A stretch of DNA of 63,784 bases, counting the filler, from Craspedostauros australis (taxonomy: Eukaryota), in NCBI GenBank assembly GCA_030167865.1. It is 10 parts of 10 records of this genome, joined end to end, with 100 filler letters (N's around TTAATTAATTAA, not from the genome) between each part and the next. Parts side by side here need not be neighbours in the genome. Positions count along the whole stretch, not along the records: positions 35,702 to 36,869 come from JALAGF010000727.1; positions 36,970 to 38,694 come from JALAGF010000728.1; positions 38,795 to 40,798 come from JALAGF010000729.1; positions 40,899 to 42,240 come from JALAGF010000730.1; positions 42,341 to 45,986 come from JALAGF010000731.1; positions 46,087 to 50,058 come from JALAGF010000732.1; 4 more parts are not named here. One strand, 5' to 3'. A program made the position numbers and the translations under genes. Below, piece by piece: positions 35,702 to 49,000 of the stretch. The number at the start of each line of letters is the position of its first letter. Positions within the stretch are counted from its first letter, which is position 1. Under the pieces are notes generated by a model. It did not search any database, was not told the DNA's origin, and was given only the letters and a program-made list of their open reading frames with translations.

Positions 35702-36637
35702 ATACGTGGCAGTGATTCTGAGATTGCCAGCTTCGTGATAGTCCGACAAGACTTCGTCACGGATTATGTGGAGGACCGGCCGTGGCCTCGGCAGTCCTGT
35801 GCTGTTGTTGCCGTGGTTGGGGCTGCGCGAGGCTGGATGATGGTACCACCGCGAAGAGTTGGATTGTCGCGAAGCCTGGAACATGAGATAGGAACGATGG
35901 AGCCTGGGAATGTCTTCGTCTGAGAAGAGCACGTGTCGGTGATGGACCCGCGCATCCTCGTGTATGCTGCGCTTCCAGGCATCGAAGCTTTGTTGGATGG
36001 TACCTTCAGCGTCGCATTTGGTATCCGATGATGTGGCTGTACTGGTACGAGTCGCGTAATATTGGCTGCTCTCCCGCAAATACCTTCGTCCACTCTGTTG
36101 CCGAGATGATTGGCGATAGTTGGGCTGGCTTGACTGTTTTGACTGTTTTGGTTGATGGGTGCTTGCCTGGGACATGCTGATTGCTCGGCTGGTCGATACG
36201 CACATGGAGGAATCGTAACTGCGGAAGTACTGCGATACACCGTGCGAGTAGCCTGACTCCTTGTGACCGCGGAAGGTGAGACGGTCACGTCTCAGCAAGT
36301 GATCATAACGAGCCATCGTCTTCAGCCAGTGCTGGATGGTGGTGGTTGCCGTTTTGCGTGGGCCGAGATGAAGGATCGCGGTGGGAGGGATTGGACCCAT
36401 TTGTTTGCGAGATGCTGCACCTGCTGCTGGCGCGCCTGCTGTTGTCGGTGATTGGAGATTGTCCGAGACCAGCGCCAACGGCGATGTCGTGATGCTACGT
36501 TGCTGTTGTCGCTGCTGCTGGGTTTTGGCCATCGAGTGAATTTCCTCAAAGTTGAACGTCAACCAGAGAATTCCAGCCACCAAACAGCATGGAAGAAGAG
36601 GCCAGCGTCGACCGGAAGTTTGGCTTTGTTGGGGCAT
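35702..36637 (-). CDS. Type II membrane sulfotransferase-like/P-loop protein (3'-truncated)
   Basis: ATG at 36637. Signal anchor WPLLPCCLVAGILWLTF, a stem region, the PAPS-loop-like ILHLGPRKTATTTIQ, and a later HVLFSDEDI. Confidence 0.6.
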
Positions 36638-36969
36638 GGTGGGCGACTCGTCGCGTTGGGAGTGACGATCTTGCAAGTAGCTTTGGAGGTCGGTCTGTGC
36701 TTGGAGTACTTATGTATGGTACTCTACGGTCTACACCATATATTGATGGGCGGAAGGCGTGTGAGTGAAATAGAGTAGAATACTGTGGAAGAGATGAGTA
36801 CCCGTAGGATGGGATGGCACTCTAGGAATACCAATATGCTGCTATTATAGGTATGGGATGTATCGGGAGNNNNNNNNNNNNNNNNNNNNNNNNNNNNNNN
36901 NNNNNNNNNNNNNTTAATTAATTAANNNNNNNNNNNNNNNNNNNNNNNNNNNNNNNNNNNNNNNNNNNN

Positions 36970-38595
36970 GGTGGCACTTGCCACAAAGACCTTCGTGTGC
37001 ATGTTGCGCCTGGGGGCATGTCTGTTGTGCTTGAAGTTGCACAAAATGCTGCTGTTGCAAACATCGAACGTGTTCACGACCATTTGCGCGATGAGTTTAC
37101 GGTTGCGAACGGTCTTTGGGTGTCTCCCTTCAACGACGAGAAGGCACGTGCAGATGCAAGCAAGACATCATTGTCGCGTATGAAACAGCGCAATGGAGCA
37201 CCAGTGCGCACACAAACTGTCGATTTGCCGTTCGCTGTGACAAATCGATGGGAACGCGCTGACGATCGCGTTCTCAACGGGATCAACTACCTTGAACTTG
37301 AAGTTCCAACGAACGACAAAGAAGCTTTGGTGCGGGCGCCTGTGCTTATCGTCCGTGTTGTTGAGCAAAACAGTTCTCATCCCATCGTCTCTATCGTTCC
37401 CAAAGCTCGTTCTCCACATAATCGCCCTGTGTTCGCTGGCTTGTCGCGGGTTGGGGCGACTAAGCCCCAATTCCGTGTTGACATCAACACGCGTCATACA
37501 TGTCTTCCCTCCCGTTGCGATGACTCCAGCATCGGTACTGGGACATTTCTTCAAGCGAAGACATACGAGAAGCCAGCCGCGATAGAGGTAAGTAAAAGCA
37601 GAATGACCCAATGACTTTCACGATCACCCACGACTCGATGGGTGACAAAAGCACACGGACTAACACACGCAATTTTCTTCCACTTTGCAAACTTCTTCTT
37701 CCAACAGCGTGGTGTGTTTGGGAAGGCTTTTCCCGAGGGTCCGGACGTGGTGAGCCTGTCCGGTAAAAGCCTGAGTGCCACCAGCAGCCGCTTTGGTGCA
37801 TCCACCAGCAAACACTCCAAGACCAAAAGCAAAGCACGCAAGAAAAAGCGGAAGGACAAGAAACACAAATCACCCACAAAAACCAAAAATGCCATCCACC
37901 ACACCGAACCAACACCCGCACCAATCAGGCGTGGTGTTGATGCCGCGATCGCCCATGGCGTCGCGATGGCAGCGGCCCGCTACCCCCGCACCCCCAAGAG
38001 AGCCCCCCCGGGCCACGATGAGGTCCTGATTGAGCGCGTGGTGCCAGCGGGGAAATCCCCGCGCGTCAAACCATCAGCAGTGGCGAGAGCCCGAGCGTTT
38101 GCGGTGAAGACCGCGGCTGTGGCGGCACGAGCGAAGAGGGAGGCTGATGCTGCAGCACAAGAAGAAGCTGCTGCTCGAGCCCAACAAGAAGAAGAAGAAG
38201 CTGCTGCTGCTGCACAAGCCCAACAAGAAGAAGAAGATGCTGCTGCTGCACAAGCCAAACAAGAAGAAGAAGATGCTGCTGCTGCTGCACAAGCCAAACA
38301 ACAAGAAGATGCTGCTGCTGCAGAAGAAGGCCAGGACCCCCAGTGGGTTCCAGGTGGNNNNNNNNNNNCAACTCTCCCAGAGTACGCATTTGATGAATTC
38401 GACGGCCTCGACCTACTTGGAGACAACTTGTTGGGGACCGGCCTGAATGAGCCAATGAAGGAGGACAGCAATGACGAGGACAGCAGCTACGAGGACAGCA
38501 ATGATGAGGGCAGCAATGATGAGGACAGCAGCGACGAGGACAGCAGCGAGGAAGAGGACAGCAGCGACGAGGACACCAGCGAGGAAGAGGATTGA
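36970..38595 (+). CDS. 5'-truncated two-exon hypothetical protein with basic, Ala/Gln/Glu-repeat and acidic tracts
   Basis: Intron 37588-37707 (GTAAGT, CTAAC branch near 37660, pyrimidine tract, CAG) joins ORF 36997..37614 to ORF 37642..38595 in phase 0. There is a small N-gap at 38358-38368. Confidence 0.6.
38143..38593 (+). repeat. Coding tandem repeats: about 33-36-nt (AAAAQAxQEEED)n and 15-nt (EDSxD)n
   Basis: Repeated gctgctgctgcacaagcc...caagaagaagaagat, then gaggacagcagcgac-type units. Confidence 0.85.
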
Positions 38596-41500
38596 TGACA
38601 TCGTACCGAAATACATATAACAGTAAACAAGCCACACACACACTCTTGTACGCAGTAGCAAATAGTAAACCAGTAATTCGCCGCATACAAATAANNNNNN
38701 NNNNNNNNNNNNNNNNNNNNNNNNNNNNNNNNNNNNNNTTAATTAATTAANNNNNNNNNNNNNNNNNNNNNNNNNNNNNNNNNNNNNNNNNNNNCATCCG
38801 TCTGTACAAAGAGTGGGGCGCCAACAAGAAAGTTGATATGCTGGTGCAGAAGCATCACGTGCTCCAGTATCGATAGATAGTTGTTGAATATTCTCAAGAA
38901 TTGTAGTCAGTGTGGATAACTTGCGTGGTCGAAGATCGTACAGAGTACATGCCCAAACGCGTATCCAGTTCGTGGGCAAGACGCGATTTGATTTGAAGCG
39001 TCAAGGATCTAGACTTTTTGTTTCTCTATCTCTACACTGGATTGGGTACTTCACGTCTTGCAATTGGTTGATGAGACGCTCGCATGAATGAATGGAGACC
39101 TCAAGAGTGCGTGTACGTGTACACTCTGTTTTCGTTGGAAGCCTCACGAGAGCTTGCCCGAGTCCATCGAGTCGTCCGGTATCCGTGACTGGGGACTCGG
39201 TGGAAGATACGAATCAACAAATGGCACCATCACCAACTCCGCGCCCAAAATCGCAACTCCTCCATCATCCAACATCGTCTGTCATGTTCGTTGAAGCTTC
39301 AGATCCTCAGGCATGATGCAACATCATTCAGCATCGTCATGCTTCTTCGATCAGCAGATCGACAACGTCATGGTCATCGGTCATCCTGTTTCGATCATCG
39401 CTCTCCTAAAACCAAGAGCTGACATCTCTTGCTATCGCACGGTACATGCATGCCATCGTTCACTCTCGCGCTGCAATAGAAGACGACAGTCAAGTAATCA
39501 TAAATCAGCCTTTCACACCATTACAAGAGAGCCAATGGGATTTCCTGAGGACACCTTGCATCATTCACTTTCGTCAAAAGGACTCACATTCTCATCCCAG
39601 GCGCACAATGGTGCCACGAAAGTCCTCTCTTTTCCGACGCTGAGCACCAAAAAGCTCGCCCAAAACATGACCGTTGCTGGGCCTCCCTGCTGTGCGGCTC
39701 TTCCTCCGTTTGCAGACAGCGCGCATTTGCAAAAGCAGAGAGAGAGAGATAGGAACAGATGGGAAAGGCACCACACAAGATAGTCGTACAATAGTCCTCC
39801 TACGCAAAGGGAAGGGAACGTGATGTAGGTCGTACTCGTGGCGAGACACGAAGTGAGAACAGGGCGTGGTCTTGCACTTGCATTGTAACATGAAGACGAG
39901 AGAAACAGTTAAGAAACATCGCTCCTCAGCACTTTGCGTCCTCGCTGCACACGAATCTTCCCATCCAAAGGAGGCGTTTGCATATCGCCATCAGGGCACG
40001 AAGGACGATAGCTTGAGCAATGAAGTCCATCAGATTCTCTCAATGCGCCGCTTTCGACGTGTTGGCATCCAGCCGTGAATTCTGCGGTGGCGGCTACACC
40101 GCACCATTGTTGTTGCGATCCACATACGTGGCCATTGCGAAACAGAGGAAAGGGGCTTGACACGTCTGCTTTGACAACGCGTCGGTACACCCGTGTGCGC
40201 CAGCAAGCACTCCACCAATTGGTCATTGGTCATGCAGAGCAGAACAGCGTCGACAAGAGCACTTCAAGTTGAGGAGAGTACAGAGTTTTGTACTGGAAGT
40301 TTGCACAAGTGACAAACACAAAGATGTCCACAAGCACAAAAAAGAGGAGGCATCACTCTGAGCATTTTCACCATGATTCCATTCCGCAGGGGCACAAAGA
40401 TGGGGAAGCTCCAATCAATCCACTTGGCGGGTACGCCAAAGGAGGGGAAGGGAAAACGGCGTTTTTTTCAAATTGCGACGAAGCAAAACGAAAGTCGAAA
40501 AGGGATGCGGGCCACCAAATGGCGAAAAATTCTTGCGTATTTTCCAAAACAACTTGTGGCTTTTCTTGTGATTCTCATGTTGTGTACGGACTGCATCTTG
40601 TTGTTTTTTGGCTTTTTTCATTCTGGTCCACGGATCCTTCGCCTCTCCATGCGATTCCACACATTCGACAGCCGCAGAGCCAGCATGTTCCCCTCTCTTC
40701 GAAGGGGGGTTGCGGATGTTGTTCCAACTCTCTTGCCAGTTGGCTTGTTGCATTCCATCAGCAGGATTCATCTAGTTACAACAATCAAAAGTTGCACANN
40801 NNNNNNNNNNNNNNNNNNNNNNNNNNNNNNNNNNNNNNNNNNTTAATTAATTAANNNNNNNNNNNNNNNNNNNNNNNNNNNNNNNNNNNNNNNNNNNNCT
40901 GCTTCATGGTCGTCACTGCCATGTGCCATGATCTACACTGCAGTGTATCTACGTGTGTGGAGAGCAAGGCGCTGTAATGACCGTATACCCTGTAGCACTG
41001 AACCAAGTACATCAGTGCAGGGTCTCGCCAAGTTGTGTGACATCGTTTCTTCACCCTATTAACACCACAAGCTAACTCATAATAAACACAGACAAGGATT
41101 AGCTACAAAGCACTCTACTTCTCATCGTTACAAGTTATAACTCTTCAATCAGTACGCCTCTCTTGAACTGCATCACACGGCTATCCCGAAGCTGGCAGAT
41201 CCAAGAGACATCCTCCACCGATTCGCGCCAACTACGCCCGAATCCTAACTATCTCTTACACAGAACGAGGATGTGTATTGCCATAGTCGTTGAGTAGTTG
41301 TTCTGTGTGACATCAACATCAACAGTTCATTGTTTTCGGTGATGTCAAGAATTGTTGGCGCACTTCAATCGTCTGCCTGTCATCCGTGGTTGATCGTGTT
41401 TGGGGTAATACGATGCCAGTAGGAATGGTTTGGACTTGGTGACAGGTCCAAATAGAATCAATGTAAATGGTTTGTGGTGTGTGGATCTGTTGATGTTGAT

Positions 41501-42340
41501 GTCGATGTTGCCACTGTTTGTGTTGATGTTGTGTTCTGCCAGAGATGTGCGTGTTTGTGATAGATCTTTGTGTTGGCCATTTCCGTGTTTGGATTCCGAG
41601 TTGTTCGCATACCTCTAGCTTGACTGTGACTAGTGTGTTGTCAATGAAGGATGGTTCTCATTCCTTGTTCTTTCACACATGTCACACCTGTGTTCTGTCA
41701 ACTTTGGTTGTCTCGGCAGCATAGAGGATCTGCTGTTCATCCAGTGCTCCAACGATCATCAAGGCCATGTTGCGTCAGCGCATGGCCAACGAGTGCTGCA
41801 GCGATTCACCGACGCAAGAAGCTGTCCTGTTGGCGGCCGATGTGCACCCGTCCGCAACCAAGAACAGCAGATGCAAATCCCAACCAGCCAATCCCTCACA
41901 GCGCTCCAAGTCAACGTGCAAAAACTAAAATCTTGTCTCAAATTCGTTTGACATCACCTGTATGATCAATCAGAAGGTGCATCGACCGTGGCTTTCCAGG
42001 TACAGGCTGTCTCTGCTGACTCTCAGCATTGGTTTCTTCATTGCTTTCGCTGGTATTGCTGTTCTCACCCACAACCTCGTCCTCTTGCGTTTCTGCCAAA
42101 AGAGATGGATCCTTGCGGGCCTGCTGCGTGGTGGACTCATTCATTTCGTCTTGTACGGCAACATGCTGCGGTGATTTACTGTCCTGATCAACCGCATCCA
42201 CACTACCCTCACGAAACCTGCTGAAGTACGATGATAATTCNNNNNNNNNNNNNNNNNNNNNNNNNNNNNNNNNNNNNNNNNNNNTTAATTAATTAANNNN
42301 NNNNNNNNNNNNNNNNNNNNNNNNNNNNNNNNNNNNNNNN

Positions 42341-45300
42341 CCACTGGCCAACGATGTTTGACGCTCAACTGTGGCCAATGGCCGTCGTACACGCCGCGTA
42401 CATCTACAATCGCGTGCCTAATCCCGCCACCGGCCTCACACCTTACGATGTTCTGTCACGCATCCGTCTTCCCCTCAAGCAACTTCATAACCTGCACGTA
42501 TGGGGCAGTCCAGTCTATGTTCTTAACAAAGCGCTGGCCGATGGACGCAAGATACCCCGATGGGAACCAAGAGGAGAAAGATACGTGAACATGGGTCTCT
42601 CAACGAAGCATGCTTCAACCGTACCTCTGGTCCTATCACCACGGACAGGTTCAATCACCCCTCAGTTCCACGTCGTGTTCGATGACTGGTTCGCAACAAT
42701 TGCTACCGACTTGAAGCAACTTCCAAGCTATCAATCGGAAGAATGGACTTGCATGTTTGGTGACACCACCTTCCAATATCCATTCGATAACGACGATGTG
42801 GAATCAATGGAGCAGGACGACATCTTCGCATCAGACACGCGAGACCACAACCAGTTACAACGCAACGACGACAATACTCCACCACCGAGAATCGATACGC
42901 GAAACCAACAAACCATCCGTAAAAGAGCGCCACAGATATTGGCGAAAGAGTCGCAACCAATGACACAACAGATCCCGGACCTCATGAGTGAAACTCTCGC
43001 CCCTCCAATGCCAGTCTCAGAGGGAGCCGACAGGCAAATGTCTTCGACAGAGGGAGCTACCTATGAGTCCCCGGTATCTGATCCTACTATAGAGTCACTG
43101 GACCAGCGAACACTTCAACCGCAATCGAGTTCACCTCTCCAAGAGTCGCCAATTTCAGAACCGGCAACTCCATTACCACTTCCAGCTCCGGCGCCAATTC
43201 AGACGAGCTCCACTCCACCCACGATGCCTAAGTCTGAGCCAACGCCGACAAGGCCTCGAAGCACGAGAAGTCGCAAACCACCAAAGCGATTCACGTACGC
43301 GCGTATGGGAGGCAAAGCAGCCTGGTTGGACGACGAGGACACCGATGATTACTACTTCTGCCCCGCAGTAGCTACCTTGGAAGAAATCGAGCAAGCCGCA
43401 ATACCCAGGGAGTTGCATCCCAATTCATCATCGATTATCACATTCTCACAAGCTGTCGTCGACTGCCTACATACAATCGAACCTCTCCAACGCAAAGGCA
43501 GCGACTCTCTCTCCATCGATCTACACCAATTCAAGGTGGACGCCCACTACTTGTTGCGCAAACTTCGAGGTCGATTCAACACTTTGAATCCACAGCCAAC
43601 CAACATCGTTCTTCCAACATTCGCACCAAAGCCGGCTGAAGCAGAAGAAGCAAGCATCAACATGGCCGACTGGTGGCAACCGGACCCCGACGACATGACC
43701 GAGGAAGGAGCGACTCCATTTCAGGAGACGTACGACAACTTCCACTCGGACATGGAGGATCACTTCGAAAAAGACCTCAACAGCGTCTTTCTCAACGAAG
43801 ACCTCCTCCGACTGGCCACAGACCACGCCGTCGAGCAGTTCGTGGAGAAGCTGAGTACCTTCATCAGCACAGGCACGATGGAACCCCGCTTCGACGCTCT
43901 CGACTTCATGTCCAAGGCCAAATCAGGGCCATGGTACTACCAAGATCCCGAGCACTTGATGAACCAAGGGTACCTTCCACCCAAATCTGCGTATAGCGCA
44001 GAAACGTTCGTCCAAAGGGCTCGCTCCGTGTGGAACGCGATGATCGAAAATCATCACTACCGTCTTGCATTCAAGCTACTCCGTCGCCAGGTGACGACGA
44101 TCCGACCAGGACCGTGGCTACGTCCAAGCGAATATGAGATTGAGCAATTCGTCCAAGGCATGATTGAGTCGAACACGGCGCCACTCACTTCGGCCCCAGC
44201 GACTCGTTCTGCCAACCAAGGATCCATGCTCGACATAGACTCGTCATCCACGCTCGACATCAATCCGTCATTCATCCTCGACACAGCGAAGTGCATTCCA
44301 CCAACCACATGGGCGAACATCGAGCAGCATGCCTACTCTGTCGCAATCATCGAACCACAGAAGGATGCAACAAACTTCCCCACCTACGTCGATAATCGCA
44401 TGATCAGCTACTTCGCCGTAGGTGGCGACTTGGATATCGCCGAACGCACCTCGGTGTACAAGGCATCCAACACCGACCCAGACACCCTCTCTTTCGACGA
44501 AGCCATTCGCGATGACAACAAGGACGAGTGGATGAGAGCCGCCGAAAAGGAGATCCACGACCTCACAGAAAAGGGAACGTGGGAGGAAGTGAAGAAGATC
44601 GACGTCGTCAACGATCGCATCTTTCCGGGAACCTGGGTCTTTCGCCGTAAGCGCCTTCCCGACGGAACCATCAAGAAATACAAGGGACGCTGGTGTTGCC
44701 GTGGAGACCTCATGAATGAGGACGCCTCCACCTACGCACCAGTCGTCGCTTGGTCATCCATCCGCATCTTCCTCAGCACCTCCATTGTCATGGGCTGGGC
44801 AACAACGTCCATCGACTTCACGAACGCATTCGTGCAAGCATCCATCCACAAGCCCGTGTACCTTCATCTCCCTCGCGGATTCAAGTCAACAAAGGGCCCC
44901 GACACCTGCCTCAAGCTCCGCAAGAGCTTGTACGGCTTGACAATTGCTCCTCGCCTCTGGTACGAACACTTGATTCGAGCTCTCACTACGATCGGCTTCA
45001 AGGCCTGCGACCAAGAGCAGTGCTTGTTCATCAAACAAGACATCATGATCGTCCTCTACGTTGACGATGCGGGCATCGCTTCCAAGACCAAGCAAGCCGC
45101 CGACGACTTCATCAAGTCAATGCGCAACCTCGGCTTCGAGCTCACCCAAGAAGGAAGCTTCAACGAGTTCCTGGGAATCGAGCTCAGCCGTGACCCAAAA
45201 GCAGACACGGTCCATCTCCGCCAGCCAGGATTGATCAAGAAGATCCTCACTACGACGAAGATGACGAGCTGCAGTCCGTGCCCCGTACCAACTACGCAGC

Positions 45301-45986
45301 TCGCACTTGGACAGTGCAAGGATGAGCCACCCATGAACGAACCATGGAACTACCGCTCCGTCGTCAGCATGTTGTTGTATCTCATGACCAACACTCGCCC
45401 TGACCTAGCGTTCGCAGTCTCCCAAGTCGCTCGCTTCGGAAGCGACCCTCGCCGCTCACACGCGAAGGCCATCAAGCGCATCATGCGCTACCTCAAGCAC
45501 ACTGAGGACAAGGGCACCATCGTGCGTCCCACCGGGCAGCTTGATCTCAAGTGCTACGTGGATGCAGACTTTGCAGGGCTCTACGGACGAGAAGACAGCA
45601 AGGACCCCGTCTCCGTCAAGTCGCGCACCGGCTACCTCATAACATTGGGAGGGTGTCCCCTCATTTGGAAGTCCAAGCTCCAAACTGAGATTGTTCTATC
45701 TACGATGGAGTCCGAGTACGCCACTCTCTCTCTCGCAATGCGCACGCTGATTCCCATCCAACAGCTCATTCGCCAAGTCATCAACAACGCAGGCACCACC
45801 TTGCCGCTGCACACCAACCTCCAGTGCACTGTTTTTGAGGACAACCAAGCTTGCATTTCCCTCGCCACCAATCATCAACCAACCGCGCGCACCAAACACT
45901 TCCTGACTAAGTGGCACTTCTTTTGGTACTGGGTCAAGGCAGGGTTCATCTACATCCAGCACATTGCAACACCGGAGCAACTGGCC
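42341..45986 (+). mobile_element. pol: Ty1/copia LTR retrotransposon pol fragment 1 (integrase C-terminus, long insert, RT, RNase H); CoDi-like
   Basis: WPMAVVHAAYIYNR; ITPQFHVVFDDWF; RT GTWVFRRKR, IDFTNAFVQ, KSLYGL, VLYVDDAG; RNase H CYVDADFAG, STMESEY, FEDNQAC. IN-RT-RH order. Both ends are cut by gaps. Confidence 0.95.
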
Positions 45987-46086
45987 NNNNNNNNNNNNNN
46001 NNNNNNNNNNNNNNNNNNNNNNNNNNNNNNTTAATTAATTAANNNNNNNNNNNNNNNNNNNNNNNNNNNNNNNNNNNNNNNNNNNN

Positions 46087-49000
46087 TGCCCATCATCACA
46101 ACGGAGTGGCCGAGCGGAGCATCCGTACCATCATCTCCATGGCACGCACGATGATGATGCATCAGAGCATTCATTGGCCGACGATGTTTGACGCACAGCA
46201 TTGGCCCATGGCGGTCGTGCATGCAGCGTACATTCACAATCGGGTCCCCAACGCAGCCACCGGATTAACACCAATGGACATCCTGTCGCGAACTCGCATC
46301 CCGCTGAAGCAACTCCACAACCTTCATGTGTGGGGCAGCCCAGTGTACGTGTTAAACAAAGCTCTTGGCGATGGCCGCAAGATTCCACGATGGGAACCAC
46401 GCGGAGAACGGTACGTCAACATGGGCCTCTCCACCCGTCACGCATCAACAGTCCCCCTTGTGTTGTCACCACGGACAGGATCGATCACCCCGCAATTTCA
46501 CGTCGTTTTTGACGATTGGTTCGCAACCATCGCAACCAACCCAAGCAACCTTCCCGACTACAACACCAGCGAATGGACCCACATGTTCGGCGATACAACC
46601 TACCAGATGCCTTTCGACGACGAAGACATCATCGCCATGGAAGAAAGAGATATCGAACGTGAAGACGCAAACGATCACCGACGGCTTCACTCCATCAACG
46701 ATGCGCCGATACCACCGTCATCATCGGGCGCACAACCGGCACCCACGCGAACTCCGACCAACACAGACTCACCAGCTCACATTTTGGAACAGCCGTTGGA
46801 ACCGGAAATGAACAACGACGCAACACCGGTCGATCAAGTGCAACCACCTCAACCAACCCTCCAGTCATCAGATACCGCTCACGACGACACACCCAAGTCA
46901 CCAGTGCCACAAACAGAGGGAGCTGAGGAGCTACCAGAACGCATCACCACGACCTCGCCAAACCTGTTGCCACCAACAGAGGGAGCGACAAACGACGACG
47001 AAAGTGGTGTCATGCCGATCGCAAGTGATTCCCCTCCAGCTTCGCCACTTCGTGAACCCATCCACGCGTCAACGAAAAGAGACAAGGCCAAACCAACCAG
47101 GCCGCCTCCGCTCCGCCGCTCGGAGCGTATCAACAAACGAGAGCCACGAGAACGCAAAACCGTCGAGCGGCTCACCTACGACAAGTTAGGGGGCAAAGTC
47201 GTGTGGGCAGATGACGACACGCTACCCATCGAAGCTAGCGCCAACGTGACAACTCAACACACAGGTGACTACAGCAAGACCCAAGCGGTACAGAGCATGA
47301 AGAAGGTTCTGCAGGAGTGCCGCCAGTCGCTAATGGAGTTCACGGAGCACTCTGACGACCAGGTAACACAAAAAGCCAAGGTCCTGGTCCGTGACGCGGA
47401 ATCCATGCTCCGAAATTTGAAAACCATCGATACCGAAGAGCTACGAAAGGACGAACGGCGTTGGGCGCAGGGCGACCTCGAAATGGAACGAATGCTACGT
47501 GCAAGACAGCTCGAGATCCGAGCCGAGATGCGCAGGGAACAAGAGGAGGCAGCAGCCGATGAAGCTACATCCCGGCATGAACACCACATCCTCATGATGA
47601 GCAACCAGTCCGACTCGTCCTCAGAGGACGACGATTCATCCCCCGGCAACACCATGGACCCCATCGACATCGGCCACCTGTGGCCACATCACGTCAACAT
47701 CACCCGGCACATCCGCCACTACTTTGACCATGTGGTGCAGTTCCGATTCCCGACGGAAGCTGCAAGGAGCCAGTGCATCTACTACGCCATCCGTAGATTT
47801 GTTGACGCCGTCGATGAAATGCTCGAAACAGGTGAGTATCACCTCCCCGTCTCGTACTTCGGATTCATACCAAGAATACAAGGTCAACGGTATACCCTGG
47901 AACGAGCCATCGCGGCCATGGAAAACGGCCTACGACCACCGGACGAAGATGAACGGGTACAGGACTTCATGCGACGAGCGGGCTTCGCGTGGCATCTCAT
48001 CACGCATGACGAGCGATTTGAGATCGGAATACTTCACTTGCACATCCAGCTTGGAGCCGCACCCGAGGTACCACCAACGATCATGGCCCCACCGAGCGAA
48101 TTCGAACCGGCCGAACAGCACGCTTCGGCATCAACCCACTACGCCTACCAACCACCGCCGTATGACGACGAAACTGACGAACACTACGCGATGGCAGCAG
48201 CGGTCGAGCACGACGACAACGACAACCACAGTGCCCTCATCACATACGACCTGCTCAGCTTCTTCACCAGCGGCGGTGACCTCGACATCGCAGATCGCCA
48301 CTACAGCTACAAAGCATCAAAAGCTGACCCTGACACTCTTTCCTTCAATGAGGCAATGAATGACGACAACAAAAGCGAATGGATGGCCGCCGCGCACAAG
48401 GAAATTCACGACCTCACCAACAAAGGGACGTGGATTGAGGTGCCGAAGTCCTCCACCACCGACCGCATTTTTCCGGGCACATGGGTATTCCGACGCAAGC
48501 GAATGCCCGACGGCACGGTCAAGAAATATAAAGGCCAATGGTGCTGCAGAGGTGATATGATGACCGAAACGGAAGCGACCTACGCTCCAGTCGTCGCATG
48601 GTCGTCCGTCCGCGTCTTTCTCATCCTCTCCATTCTGCTCCGCTGGGTTACGACATCGATTGATTTTTCGAACGCGTTCGTCCAAGCTAACATCCACCGG
48701 CCCGTCTACTTACACCTTCCTCGCGGCTTCCGATCAACGAATGGACCTGACACGTGCCTCAAGCTGATTAAAAGCCTTTACGGTCTCACTATAGCTCCCA
48801 AGCTATGGTATCAGCATCTCGTGCGCGCCCTCCTTGCGGAAGGGTTTCACGCGTGTGACCAGGAGAAGTGCCTGTTCATGCGCGACGGCATGATGATCGT
48901 TCTCTACGTGGACGACGCCGGCATCGCATCGCGTACGGAAGAAGAGGCAGACGCATTCATCGAGTCCATGCGCAAACGCGGATTTGATCTCACACGCGAA

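Noticed and set aside
38795..42240. Short ORFs in two small contigs
   Set aside because: No motifs. A stop-riddled minus-strand frame near 41560-42200 may be a relic but cannot be identified.
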